The notes: a model not told the origin generated them from the letters alone. A stretch of 64,000 bases of DNA from the human T2T-CHM13v2.0 reference genome, Homo sapiens (GCF_009914755.1 NC_060928.1), one strand, 5' to 3'; shown: positions 32,500 through 49,600, numbered from the stretch's first letter. Program-made: numbers and translations.

Positions 32500-33483
32500 C
32501 TGTATACACACAGGGGCACACACACATATAGGTTTTCATCCATTGTTCCTGGCTCATAACTCCCGTAGCCTTTGTAACAGTTTTTATAATGCTGTGGCTC
32601 TTTAGGTCTCAAAAAACAGAAACTCTCTCTCTGACCTTCTCCTATTCTCCTGTCAGCAGCCCGAGACAGGACTCTAATCTTCTTTCACCATTCTGATTGT
32701 GGGTTATAAGATCCTCATTTCAGAAGGGGTCCTGGCCCTTAGCCTGGAAAAAGGAATACAGCACAGAGAAGCCAAAAAGAATCTGGACAAGCCTTGCTGG
32801 GTTTCTGTTCAGCCTATTAGTGTTAGAGAATACCCTTTTTGTCCAATCATACTTCTCCCTGGTGGTCAATTCTGTCTATGCAGTGAAGTCTCCATTAAAG
32901 GCCCAAGAGGACAGGGTGCAAGAGAACTTCTGGATAGCTGAATATGTGGAAGCTGAGAGGAAGGTGAACAAGAATTCATCTATGTGCTGGGAAGTGGTGC
33001 ACCCCAACTCCAAAGGGACAGAAGCTCCTGTGCTTGAGACCCTTCCAGACCTTGCCTTGTGTATCTCTTCATCTGGCGGTTTATGTGTATCCTCTAAAAT
33101 ATCCTTTGGCATAAACTGGTAAACATCATAAATGTTTTCTTGAGTTCTATGAGCCGCTCTAGAAAATTAATTGAACCCAAAGAGGGGGCTCTGAGAGTCC
33201 CAATTTGAAGCCAGTGCATTAGAAATTCTAGAGGCTGGGGTATGCTGATGGGAAGGAGGGGGTGGTTTTGTGTGACTGAGCCCCCAACTTGTGGGATCTG
33301 AGGCTGTCTCCAGATAGTGGCTGAATTGAATTGAATTGGAGGGCACCCAGCTGGTGTCTGCTGCAGAGCTGATTGCTTGCTTAGTGTGTGGGGAGAAACC
33401 CCACACATTTGGTCACAGAAGTCTTCTGTGTTGCTTGTGGTGATAGAACAGAGGAAAAACAGTTTGAGTTTTTCCACTATCAC
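32500..33483 (+). mobile_element. MER21-type LTR
   Basis: gggacagaagctcctgtgcttgagacccttccagaccttgcc...ccacacatttggtcacagaag; ends ...cactatcaca. Confidence 0.85.
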
Positions 33484-33669
33484 AAGTACAAATGAGGGCT
33501 TTTTTTTTTTTTTTCAGTCTAGCTGCCAGTACACCACTGCCCTCCTCCTTTGTGAGATCTTTGTAGGTTCTATTCTCATTCTTTCAGATGCCTGGTATAT
33601 TTGTAATTTGCATCCTGTTATTTGTATCTTTTTTTCCTATCAAAGAGAGCTCACAAGAATGGAGAAGGG

Positions 33670-34140
33670 GAAGGGAATTAATATTTCCTAAGCATCTGCT
33701 GTATATCAATTACTGTGCTTAACTGTACATATTATTTGATATTCATGATAACTCAGTGAGTTAATTATTACTCCCATTTTCAGGCTAGAAAACTGTGACT
33801 TAGAAAGGTTAAGTTACATTTCTGTGGTCAAACATATAAGAACTGAAGTTGAGGGCGGGCACAGTGGCTCACACCTGTAATCCCAGCACTTTGAGAGGCC
33901 GAGGTGGGCAGATCAGGAGGTCAGCAGACCAAGACCATCCTGGCCAACATGGTGAAATCCCATCTCTATTAAAAATACAAAATTTAGCTGGGTAGGGTGG
34001 CACGTGCCTGTAATCCCAGCTACTCGGGAGGTGCCACTGCACTCCAGCCTGGGCAACAGAGCGAGAGTCCTTCTCAAAATAAAAAAAAGAACTGAAGTTG
34101 AATTTCTTATATGTGACTTCAAAGTCCACAGTCTTTCCAG
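33670..34140 (-). mobile_element. MIR split by an Alu
   Basis: cccatttttcaggctagaaaactgtgacttagaaaggttaagt...tgacttcaaagtcc. Confidence 0.7.
33853..34086 (+). mobile_element. AluS with a ~70-bp right-arm deletion
   Basis: tactcgggaggtgccactgcactcc junction; 15-bp TSD aagaactgaagttga. Confidence 0.92.
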
Positions 34141-34266
34141 CTGGTGAATGTGTCAGTAATTTAGGCTTCTGGGTTTGTTTAGAGTGGCTAATTTTGAAAT
34201 GCTTTAGTAACTGTTTTACATAGTTGCTTTGTTCATTTATTGATTACATAAGTACTCAAGAGATAT

Positions 34267-34619
<353 letters not shown>

Positions 34620-35009
34620 TTAAGGTAGGAATGAAAGAGGCAGACACCTGAACAGAGAGAGCGGGTGTGTGGAAGGCATTGTTTCCTAATCACAAGCATT
34701 TGAAAAAGGCTTTTTGGGGAAGCAAATATAGGCCTCTTGACGTCCAAGAAATCCTACTGCATTCCTATTCCAGTTAAGGCTGAGCCTGGAAACAGTGTTT
34801 AGTACCTGTTCTCTTAAAGACCTTTCATACCACTTCAGCTGTAAGTTAATAATGGAGTCTTTGTATAATAAAAGAGTAAAAATAGACTTGTTTTTCTATT
34901 ACATTTTGTTTTTGGTTAGGGAGGAAAAAAACGTGAAGCTGTATCAAGGTTGTATTTGTCCTAATAAATTTTGCTTTAGATTCATTGACGTTCAAAGGCA
35001 CAAGTCTCC

Positions 35010-35160
35010 TAAATCTCAGCTCTGCTATTTGTTACCTACTTATTACATTGCACCTGTTGATAACTAGCTCAGCTTTTTGGCCCCACTTTTCTCATCTATA
35101 GTTTCACTACTGTATGAATACTCACCTTACAAGGCTGTCTGGCTATAGATAATGTACATA
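35010..35160 (+). mobile_element. MIR fragment
   Basis: aaatctcagctctgcta...ttttctcatctata. Confidence 0.5.
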
Positions 35161-35917
35161 GTCTCTCCAATCTACTTTTGTACCCAACTTCTATCACTTT
35201 CCTGTGGAATCCTTAATGTTAGTAAAACTTTTCTCCTCACTACGCTTTGATCAGTCCTTTGGGATTAACTTTCCTGAAATGCCTCCTTTTCTCTTTGTCC
35301 CTTCAGTCTCCAACCCGAAGGCCCAAGTCAAGTTTAGTACCCTCCCAAATCCTTCCCAGTCCATGATATCTGCTTTAGATCTCTTCTATTCTCTTCTGAG
35401 TTTAGACTTGGTCTTCCTTTCCTTTACCTATTTGTAATTATAAACCATCATTAGCATCTCTTGTAGCATTGCTTTGTGCGGTTACACATATCTTTCCCTT
35501 TTCTTTCCAACAAGATTTTAATTACCTAGAGGTTGGGGCTGTTATGTTTCTTCACATTTCTCACAGAGTGCAACACACCTGAACAGTCTCAAACAGCAGC
35601 AACATTAATATGTACTAACATTCATAATCCTTCCATGAGCATTGCATACAGAACTGTGCACAGGGTGAATGTTTAATAAGTATTGCAGTAATTACTTATT
35701 ACTTCTGTGTTAATTGTAGTATGTTCCGAGGATCCAACCTCTGCAGCACTTTTGCTCAGTTTCTTGACCTGCATAAATTCCCAAGAAAATTAACAAAAAG
35801 TTTGTTATGGTCTGAACTATGTCCTTCCCAAGCTGATAGGTTGAAATCCTAACCCCCAGTATCTCAGAATGTGACTGTATTTTGAGATAGGGTATTTGAG
35901 GAGGTAATAAAGGTTAA

Positions 35918-36364
<447 letters not shown>

Positions 36365-36451
36365 AGAAACCAACCCTACAGACACCTTGATCTTGAACTT
36401 CGATCCTCTAGAATTGTGACAAAATAAATTTGCTGTTTAAGTCACTCAGTC

Positions 36452-36454
<3 letters not shown>

Positions 36455-36500
<46 letters not shown>
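36455..36500. repeat. (GT)n microsatellite, about 23 units
   Basis: Pure gt run. Confidence 0.97.
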
Positions 36501-36506
<6 letters not shown>

Positions 36507-36601
36507 TCTGGCAAACTAATACATCATCTTAGAAGAGCAAGTTTGTCTGCATCTTTTCATTGTACAGCCTGCTTCCCTTTGGATCTGGCCCTTTCATTTA
36601 G

Positions 36602-36946
<345 letters not shown>

Positions 36947-36984
36947 TTAGTGGTCTTTTTGAGAGAGCACAGAGAGGCAGGAGA

Positions 36985-37550
<566 letters not shown>

Positions 37551-38569
37551 TAAAGATTTTTACCTTTATTATATGAAGTTATTTATTTTTGATGAATTGA
37601 ATTCTTAACAGCCTAATTAAATGGTTTAGCACTGAAATTGAGAGACCCATTCCTTCTAACACATATTCCTGTATCCACTTGTATTCTTAAACAGGTTTAA
37701 AACAAAGAGCTAAATTATTTATTTCTCTGTTGTGTGTGTACATGTACAGACATATGTACATATTCATCTTTATTAACCCAAGAAGAAGTGATCTGTTAGC
37801 ACCTCTCTCGTCACAGGAAAAACACACATTTCTGTTGTCAAGTTTCCCTGGCTCCCAGGCCTCCTTTGTTTGGGTACCTCAGTCACTGGGTCTTGATCCT
37901 GTTGAACTAATGAGGCAAATTGACTATGTAGTTCAGTGTTGATGAATGGTCTAAGAGGTGACTTCAATTGAATATTTTTCTTTTTATTATCATGTTTTTC
38001 TTCTAAATTAGTGCTATAAAACCAAGGACACACTTTCACTGGTGTTTCTGTGATTTGAGATTACTTCTGTTACTGCCTTTAGATTTTGTTTCCCAAGGGG
38101 GTTGCAGAACGGACTGCTTTTGCACATTGTGAGCATCTAATCAGTTACGATATGCTAATAAGTTTTAATATGGTGTGATCTTGTGTTTATAAGCACAAAC
38201 CTTATTGTAAATGTCAAAATAATTCAGATCTTAATATATCCCCTGTAGTGATACATTAATAAGGGCCATAGGAGCAAGTACTGTAGGTGGTTAATTCTTA
38301 ATGGACAAGGATCTTTTTGCTATTTGATTTGGAGATCAAAACCCAGAGAGACAATAAATAGCCTGCATTTTAATTTCAGAATGTGATATTTGCTCTCCTC
38401 ACAGCAAGGGAGAAGTTCCCTTGAAAATCCTCATTTATTAATACACCATGACAGTACCAAGGACATGATAGGGTTTTCTACCCATGATTGTCAAATAAAT
38501 AAATAGATGTATTCATCATTGTGTTACAATTATATGTAGTCGCAAAAGTAGTCTTTGAGCTCAATAGCA

Positions 38570-38670
38570 TAGCACCACTACTTTGCAGTTAAGAAAACGG
38601 AGGTCATAGAGGTTAAGTGACTTTGGATCATGGACAAATCAGATCTAGAACCCAATTCATTGATTCCAAA
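38570..38670 (-). mobile_element. MIR fragment
   Basis: aagaaaacggaggtcatagaggttaagtgactt. Confidence 0.55.
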
Positions 38671-38691
38671 TCCAATTTTAATTTTGGAGCT

Positions 38692-38928
38692 TTTTATTTT
38701 ATTTTTAATTTTAATTTTTTTTTTTTGATACTGAGTCTTGCCCTGTTGCTCATGCTGGAGTTCAATGGCCCAATCTCGCCTCACTGCAATCTCTGCCTCG
38801 CAGTTCAAGCAATTCTCGTGCCTCAGCCTCCTGAGCTGGGATTACAAGCACACACCACCATGTCCAGCTAATTTTTGTATTTTTAGTAGAGACGGGGTTT
38901 CACCATGTTGGCCAGACTGGTCACAAAC
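38692..38928 (-). mobile_element. 5'-truncated AluS
   Basis: Ends at ggtcacaaac; TSD-like taattttggagc/taattttggaac. Confidence 0.88.
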
Positions 38929-39240
38929 TAATTTTGGAACATTTTATACTACACCATCTGTAATAAAGATTTGAAGGAAGCAGGATAATTGTTAGATTTT
39001 AATTGCCTTTGACATTGAAAACATATTTTTTTGAGAAAAATAGGGAGAATACACAATGTGACTAGTTATTTTTGGTATTCATTCCATAAGAAGACCTTTC
39101 TAGTTGCTGCATATATTTGTTAGCATTATGCATGCAAATCACTACTCACTATTTTTGTACTTCTTCATGAATTGACTTCCACAAGATAGTTGATCACTAA
39201 CTTTAATCCAAATGGAGCTTAAGACAAAATACAACTTAGC

Positions 39241-39737
39241 GTAATGTCCTACAGGTTCATCCGTGTTGTTGCAAATGACAGAATTTATTTCTTTTTTAGA
39301 GGCTGAATAGTACTCCATTGTGTATATGTACCATGCTATCTTTATCCATTCATCCATCAATGGACACTTAGGTCATTCCATATCTTGACTATTGTGAATA
39401 AAGCCGCAATGAACACGAGAATGCAACTGTCTATTCTACGTACTAATTTCAATTGCTTTGGATATATACCCAGAAATGGAACTGACAGATAATATGGTAG
39501 TCCTATTTTTATTTTGCAAGGAACCTCGATATCGTTTTCCATAATGGCTGCACTAATTTATATTCCCATTAGCAATGTATAAGAGTTTCCTTTTTGTGAT
39601 GAATATGTTAAGTAGTTTGATTTAATCATTCCACATTGTATACCTTTATCAAAAAATCACCTTGTACTCCATAAATGTATACAACTATGATTTGTCAGTG
39701 AAAAATAATATGAAATTAAGAAACAACATTAAAAACC
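39241..39737. mobile_element. Old L1MA 3' fragment with a 5' inversion (39241-39594 minus, 39595-39737 plus)
   Basis: Minus ORF WYIYTMEYYSA; plus-strand L1MA terminus ttgtactccataaatgtatac; 16-bp TSD caaaa(t/c)acaa(c/t)ttagc. Confidence 0.82.
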
Positions 39738-40134
39738 CAAAACACAATTTAGCTGACAATCACTCCCAATGTGACAAAATTTAACAAATCGGTATTTTAT
39801 GTTGCCACCAGGAGGCAGCACAACCAAGCAATCCAATCTGTTTTCATTATCATTTGTTTTTTCAATCTGGAAAACTGAATAGTGTACAGGCAAGTATAGT
39901 ATTGAATTGGTCGATATAACTTCTTATTACATCATCTCACTATCTTTTGCCATGTAGGTTTAAACTATGACTTAGTGGTGCAAGAGACCACATCTTCAAG
40001 TAGCAAATGATGGAATCTCAATGACCACATCCATGATCTCCTGGTCCAAAAAGCATATGTTCTGTTTCTATGTATCTCCATTTATCTAGGTCATTCAACT
40101 AATTCCTGGGGGTAGGGGAGAATCTCCTTTCAGG

Positions 40135-40270
40135 TGGCATTATGGTTTAGAGGACATATGAATTAGGCATGAGAAGTCCTGGCTTCTCCATGAACTGTGA
40201 GATCTTGGGATCTTGGCCTCAATCTAACCCTCTTGGCCTCAACATTCTAATATGCAAAATGGGAGAGATG
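40135..40270 (+). mobile_element. MIR fragment
   Basis: ctgtgagatcttgg...cttggcctcaacattctaatatgcaaaatggg. Confidence 0.5.
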
Positions 40271-41471
40271 TGTGAAGGTAACTTTTCCTTTTATGATATC
40301 TTTATGAGGTAATATACTATGCTTCTAAAAAAGAATTGGCAAGAAAAAAATGTGAGAATTCCTTCAGCCGCAAGACTGACAGGAAATCTCCAGGTTTCCC
40401 TGTAGTCTAACTCGTATCAGAAGAGTAATGGCTGAGTCAAAATACATCAGTTCAAAAATATGGCACTGTTTCTTAAGCCTGGAATGATCCAACCAGAATA
40501 CAAACTCGGTGTTTGTACCTCACAGTGGGTTTTAACATCTCTAGAATGCACTTCATATGTGTAGACTCTGAGGCACTTTGATGGAAGATTATTTCTGATA
40601 TTTAGGAAACTGTCAGGCTGCCTTTTGGAGATTTGTAGTTGCTGTGATTGACAACTGGTTTCAGATATATATTTTCATTGCTTTGGTTAGGTGTGAGTAT
40701 ATATCAAAATGAATTGCTGAGTGTATGAAATAAAAGAAAAGTGAGTTTCTTCTACTTGTGTGATCTCTAAAGATCTTAAAGGAATCATTTGTAAAGCAAA
40801 TTGGCTAAATATCATTTATAGCAACCTAAGGGAATTTTCTTTTTTTATATATAAAAAAGACATGAGAATTAAACCAAAGGTCTTTGGTGTGCTAAAGACC
40901 TTTGAATGTGCACTAGTTTTGGAGTAAGCAAACTGCTATTGTATTTTTTCTTTATTGTCAGTGTTTTAAGACCAATTTATTCAAGCCATCAGATGGCTTC
41001 TTTGTACTTACATAAAATGAAGTCATGTATGCTTCAAACCAATCCTCTATTTATTATTTATTTGCATGGAGCTTTATTCACACTATTATTATTATTATTT
41101 TCTTCAAGGATAATTGGGGTGCAGGAATATTTAGGATTTGGACAAAAAATTTAAAGACCTGATATTTACTGACTTTACTCAAGTTGATATTCTATCTTTC
41201 TAGCTTAACTCACATTTTGTAACATTTTAAAGGATTATTTTCAAAATAAAGAATATATACAAAGTTAGAGGACCAAACAGCAAAAAGTTTTCTCTTTCCA
41301 TTAGGGAATGCTGGATTCCATTACGGTAAGACATTTTTTGATGAAGTAAAGCAGTATATTCAACTGTCAGCCAAAAGGCAAAAACTTCTATTTCTTTTCT
41401 TGTTATTGATCTTCTTGGAAGCCCGTATCATTTGCAAAAATATAATTCTTAACTTTTTCACATCCAGTTTC

Positions 41472-41799
41472 TTTTTTCTTTTTCTTTTTTTTTTTTTTTT
41501 TTTGAGACGGCGTCTTACTCTGTCGCCCATGCTGGACTGCAGTGGCATGATCTCGGCTCACTCCAAGCTCCGCCCCCCGGGTTCACACCATTCTCCCACC
41601 TCAGCCTCCCGAGTTGCTGGAACTACAGGCGCCCGCCACCACGCCCAGCTAACTTTTTTTTAATTTTTTTTTTTATATTTTAGTAGAGACGGGGTTTCAC
41701 TGTGTTATCCAGGGTGGTCTCTATCTCCTGACCTCATGATCCGCCTGCCTCTGCCTCCCAAAGTGCTGGGATTACAGGCGTGAGCCACCGCGCCCGACC
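41472..41799 (-). mobile_element. AluY
   Basis: TSD ttcacatcca(g/t)tttc. Confidence 0.95.
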
Positions 41800-41966
41800 T
41801 TCACATCCATTTTCTAAAGTGTAAACATTTTTTTCTTCATGATTATACTCTAAAACACTGTCGAATTTACAATAAGATCTCCATGGACACAATTACTTTA
41901 GTTTTCCGCAGGCTGGCCAGTGAACCAGATCAGTGCCAGCAGAGAAGCATATTGTAACGCTGCTAT

Positions 41967-43082
<1,116 letters not shown>

Positions 43083-44342
43083 CTCTAGCAGCACCACACA
43101 GCTCTTTTTGGGGAATGAACTTATGGTTGTAACAAAGATAAAAATCACTGCATTAAAAAAAAAATCCCAAAATACCATGTTAATCAAACATAAAGTACAA
43201 AAGGCATTGGAGTAATGTTAGAAACTTGACTGGATTTGCAACTGACAGAGCATCAGAAGGAATGAGAGCACATTTCTCTTTCTTCACTGTTAAGAGACTT
43301 CAAACGTACACTACTTTTAGTCCTTTTAAAATCATTCAGAGCCTCAGTCCAGCAAGATTCATTGTAGAGGCATTGGTTCCTTAACAGCTAAGCTCAAAAT
43401 ATGTTGTTGGTAAGAAATGACATTATGGAACACATCGTGTTTAAGTATGCGACCTGTTGAAGAGTGTGTCTTGGTTCTTAATCTTGAGATCCATAGCAAA
43501 TGTGGATGCTGATATGCAAGATTGAGAGTATATATTAACCCCCTTTTCCTTTTAGTGGCAAGAGATTTAAGATGGAATTTAGATCTCAGAAAATACAACT
43601 GGTAACAGGTATATAACCCTGAGAAAGAAACAATCATCCCTTTATTGGAGTGATTCTGTATGTTTTATTTAGTTTTCTTATTGCAACGCTCCTTCCACCA
43701 CCGTCACAGTGATTTTTGTTGGACATAGCTTGAAATCCTCCATCAGAATTAAAGAAGGAACAAACAAATCCCCCCTCCTGCTATAGAACAAAAGCAAACA
43801 AACAAAAGAAACCCTACAACCCTCCTGCTGGTTCCATCCCTCTGTGGGCTTCCTGCAGCTTGGTTCCTGCTGTTCTATCCCTAAGCCGACTGCAGGCAGG
43901 GTGACCATCTGCTGCTAGGTCACAGCTGCCTCTTCAAAATTATGCTCTGGTTCCTCTGTCCCATTTTAAATGCCTGAATATTGTTATATGTTGCTTTTAT
44001 CATCTCCTGAAAAGCTGCCAACACAAGTCTCTATTTGGAATCATTGGTCTTGAATATTCCTTTAAGACATATACATCTCATCTCTTATTTTCTAGACAAG
44101 TATCATACAGAGTTCTTTCCTAAAGCAATGGTCCCTTCTCTGATAGAATCCAGACTCTCAAGTAAGTGAGAATTACCAATATATACCACATTAAGTCTCA
44201 CACTATAGATATTAATTTTTTTGCTAATAAATGTGAATGCTTATATTTGATTTTTAAATTTTATGTTTTCAGTCATTGATAGGACATTTGGGCTTAGTGT
44301 TTTTGTGTAACATTAAGAACATGAAGTCACAAATGCAGCTAG

Positions 44343-44687
<345 letters not shown>

Positions 44688-45024
44688 TTAAAGAACATTG
44701 CTGGGCAGATCTCCTGAGATATGCTAATTCTTGGGTGAGTTAACATGGTTCATTCATAAGAGTTCTTTCTTCTTTGGACAGAGTATCTGTGGGCTTCAGG
44801 TTCCTGGGGAACAGCTTTTAATAATGATGTTTGATAGTATGGCCTACGATTGTCTATTTTAAAATGTAGCATTTTCTCATATCATAAAATTCAAGGACAT
44901 AGCACTAAATTTTGATTTGATAAAGCCATTTCTATAGAGATCTAAGATAAGATAGCCTAGACACATTGTATTCCAAAGATCTGTTTTAGGAATAGAATAC
45001 TAGAGACTCATTATATTTAGTGTA

Positions 45025-45462
<438 letters not shown>

Positions 45463-45513
45463 GTGGAATAACTGGCTATTATGTTTTTTGTATAGCCCCT
45501 TTTAAAAACTCAG

Positions 45514-45820
45514 GGCCCGGCACAGTGACTCACACCTGTAATCCCAGCACTTTGGGAGGCCAAGGTGGGTAGATCACTTGAGGTCAGAAGTTTGAGACCA
45601 GCCTGGCCAACATGGTGAAACCCCATCTCTACTGAAAATACAAAAATTAGCCAGGCGTGGTGGTGCATGCTTGTAATCCCAGCTACTGGGGTGGCTGAAG
45701 CAGGAGAATAGCTTGAGCCCAAAAAGGCAGAGGTTGTAGTGAGCCGAGATTGTGCCACTGCACTCCAGGCTGGGTGATGGAGTGAGACTGTCTAAAAAAA
45801 CAAAAAGAAAAACATACAAA
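45514..45820 (+). mobile_element. AluSz/Sx-like
   Basis: Dimeric Alu; flanks aaaaactcag/aaaaatcag. Confidence 0.93.
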
Positions 45821-46889
45821 AAATCAGATATTTCCAGTATGTTTGACTAGTGCTATATGACATTGAGATGGTTGAATTCAAATGTAGGTAGCAAAATTTC
45901 AACTTTTTTTACAAAAGTTGAAAGCCCAGTTTGTCTTCTCACTCAGATAGGTAATCATTAACACAGAAATCTACATACTGGTAAGTTGTAAAGTTTTTTT
46001 ACTCCCACTTTGGGTGATAAAGATGATAGTTACTTCAATTATCTTAGCAATTATTTACTTTCAGAGGTGCAAGTTGGGCAATTCATTACTGCTGATATTG
46101 TTTAGGTTGTCACAACTTTTAAGATCATGTATATCCTACGAGACTTGAAATAACCTTCCAAAGTTTAGGTTATTACCTTTGAGAATTCACTATAGTAGGA
46201 ATTAACTGGGTGACACATTTAAATCAGTCAAGAATCGCATTTTTCTTATGAAGTTAATTTGTATAATAACACATTTAAGAGTAAGATAAACAGTACAACG
46301 GCATACAATAAGGAGTTAAAAATAAATTGCTACTTTCTATGGAAAGAAAAGTAGTAAGTTTAATGGTGAAATTCCCTAGGAAAACCACACAACTTAACAT
46401 CTTATTCTTGCCAAGTAGCATGACCTCTTTAAAAGCTCTCATCTCATTTCCAAAAGGAAATAGAAAATCAATGAAAACATCAACAAGTAAAGTAAGCTAG
46501 GTGCTTCAGAGAGGAAATAGAAAATCAATAAAACACCCAGCAAAGTAAGTTCTATAGTAACATTTGTAAATGAAATTAATATGTGTTAGAGAATGTGTGT
46601 GTTCGTGCAATGAACAGAATCACTTAATGCACACTATTATAGAAAAGTTAGTTCCTCAGAGAGTTCATGCTATGATGCTTTTCTTGGTTTGCATTTGAAG
46701 CAAAGAGGGATAGAATTAACATGAATGCCTTATGATATATTTAGTTAGTGGATCCATTATTGTAATTTAAGTTGTATTTATACTGAATAATCCTTATTTT
46801 ATATTTTACCTGGATTGAATTTTGAAACAAAACTGGATATAAGATGGTAAAAACCTAGAAATTTCATTTTCATCAGTCTTTCTAATATA

Positions 46890-48061
46890 CACTCATGCAC
46901 CGCATAACGGTGTTTCAGTCAATGATGGACTGCATATGTGACAGACCCCAGATTATAATGGATCTGAAAACTTCCTATTGCCTAATGACATCATAATCAA
47001 TGCATTACTCATGTGTTTGTGGTGACGTTGGTGTAAACACACCTACTGTGCTCCCAGTCATATGAAAGTATAACACATAGAATTCTGTACAGCACATAAT
47101 ATTTGATAATCACTATTTTACTGACATGTTTACTATACTATGCTTTTATCATTATTTTAGAGTGTACTCCTACATATATGTGTATATATATATACCGTTA
47201 ATTAGTATAATTAATAACAATACTAATGAACAGTTAATTAGTACTAATTGATACTAATTATTATTATGAGTGTATATATATATACTGTTAGCCTCAGGCA
47301 GGTGCTTCAGGAGGTATTCCAGAAGAAGGCATTGCTATCATAGCAGATGGCAGCTCCATGCAGTGGGATAAGATGTGGAGCTGGAAGATGGTGATATTGA
47401 TGATCCTGACCCCGTGTAGGCCGAGGCCAGTATATGTATTTGTGTCTTAGTTTTTAACAAAGAAGTTTAAAAAGTAAAGAAAAAAATAGAAAAAAAATGT
47501 AGAATAAGGATATAGAGAAACTAGTCAAAGAGTTAAGAAATAAAATGTATAAAGTAATAATGTTACAGTAAGCTAACGTTAATTTATTATTAAAGAAAGA
47601 AAAATTGGATCCCATGAATGTAGTGTAGCCTAAGTACACAGTGTTTCTGAAGGCTACAGTGGTGTATGGTAACATTCTAGGCCTTCACATTCACTCATAC
47701 TCATTCACTGAGTCACTCAGGTCAATTTCCAGTCCTGCAAGCTCCATTCATCCTGAGAGCCCTTTACAGGTGTACCATTTTTAATCTTTTATACCGCATT
47801 TTTACTGTACCTTTTCTGTGTTTAGGTATGTTTAGAGATACAAATACTTACTATTATGTTCTAATTGCCTACAGCATTCAGTAGAGTAACATGCTGTGCA
47901 GGCTTGTAGCATAGGAGCAAAAGGCTGTATCATTTAGCCTAGGTGTGTACTAGGCTATACCACCTAGATTTGTGTAAGTACACTTTTGTTGTCTTGATGT
48001 TCACATAACAACTAAATTGCCTAATGTTGCACTTTTCAGAACATTAAGTGATTCATCACTG
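46890..48061 (+). mobile_element. Tigger3b (GOLEM/MER7) DNA transposon
   Basis: TA-cactcatgcaccgcataacg...catcactg-TA termini; cctcaggcaggtgcttcaggaggtattccagaagaaggcattg. Confidence 0.88.
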
Positions 48062-48491
48062 TATATAGAACCATTCTGATCAAATGTTACATTTGGATTT
48101 TTCTTCTGTGTTTAGTCACAGTATAAATTTTATCACATTTTATTCACATATTTAAAAGACAATGCCAGCTTTTCTAGAAGACTTCATATATTTATAGAAC
48201 AAGGCTTAACGTATGAATAAGAATCTAATTCCTTTTAAATAGCTTTTAATCTATATAATTTATAATGACTTTTAAATTACCTCTAGATATTTTTAAGTGG
48301 TAAAGCCTTTGGAATTATGAAATTGCATTCTAAGTTTAATGTAGTTAGTGCTTTGGTAACTTTGATACTGTAGGATGGGCCATAAAATAAATGTATCCTG
48401 AAAAGATTTTTTTAATTCCCATTTTAATCAAGAAAATGTGAGATATGAAGATTATATTGCCATTAAAATAAATTCAAAAGCTTCATTTACT

Positions 48492-49600
48492 TTTTAAAAT
48501 AAACTTCTCATTTTAGGAGAGTTTTATATTTATAGAAAAATCATAAAGATAGTACAGAGAGTTCACATATAGCCCATCCCCAGTTTTCCCTATTTATCTT
48601 AAATTGCTATGGTACATTTGTTACAATTAATGGACCGATATTGATACATTATTTTAAAAGTCTATATTTTACTCATATTTCCTTGGGTTTACCTAGTATC
48701 CTTTTTTCTGTATAAAGATTCCATCCAGGATGCAGGATTATATTAGCTCTCATGTCTCCTTAAATTCCTCTTGGATGTAACAATTTCTTACACTTTTCTT
48801 GTTTTTAATGGCCTTTCATAGTTTTGAAGGTTATGGCCAGGTACTTCATAGACTGTCCCTCAGTTGTGACAAATGTTCCTAATGTTTTGGGGAGGAAAAC
48901 CAAAGGTAATGTGCCATTTTCATCACATTACATCAGGGAAACATACTATCAGCAGAAGCAATCACTGTTGATGTTGCCATTGATTACCTGACTAAGAATA
49001 GTGTGTGGCAATTTTCTCCAATGGGAAGTTTCTCTGCCTACTCCCCCTTTCTATACTACATCCTTTAGAAAAAAAGTCATTAGTGCAGTTCTCACTTAGG
49101 GAATAGGGAGTAATGTTCCACCTCCTTGAAGGTGGAGTGTCTACATAAGTTGCTTGGCATTTTCTGAATAAAAGATTTATCCCTTCTCTCCTATTGATTT
49201 ATTTGTTTCATCATTTTAACAGTATGAATTCATGGACATGTATGTAATACTTGGGGACATAATTCTATACTACTTTATGTTATTGCTTGAATGGTTTCTG
49301 CTTTAGCTGATCTATCCCTTTGACACACCACATCACCGTATGGGGGTGTGTGTGTGTGTGTGTATGCACATGTTTTAATTTTTTTTAGTTCTTCCTTACT
49401 TCATGGCACTAAAGGATACTGTAGGCTTCTCTTCTATATTTCCTACCCCAAGCCTAGAATCCACCATTTCTCCAAGGGGTCCTTGTTCCTTTTGTTTCAG
49501 GATGGTATCAGAAACAGACACCTAGGAGCTTTATACGCTCATTGCTGCTGGGTGTCATTGTTTCTAGGACTCTTAGCTGACACAGCAAGGAAATACACAC
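48492..49600 (-). mobile_element. L1MC 3' region
   Basis: aaagatagtacagagagttcacatata...ggtacatttgttacaattaatggaccgatattgatacatt. Confidence 0.75.

Noticed and set aside
32697-33691. Several 78-141-aa ORFs
   Set aside because: They lie within or start in the MER21 LTR; no gag, pol or env motifs.
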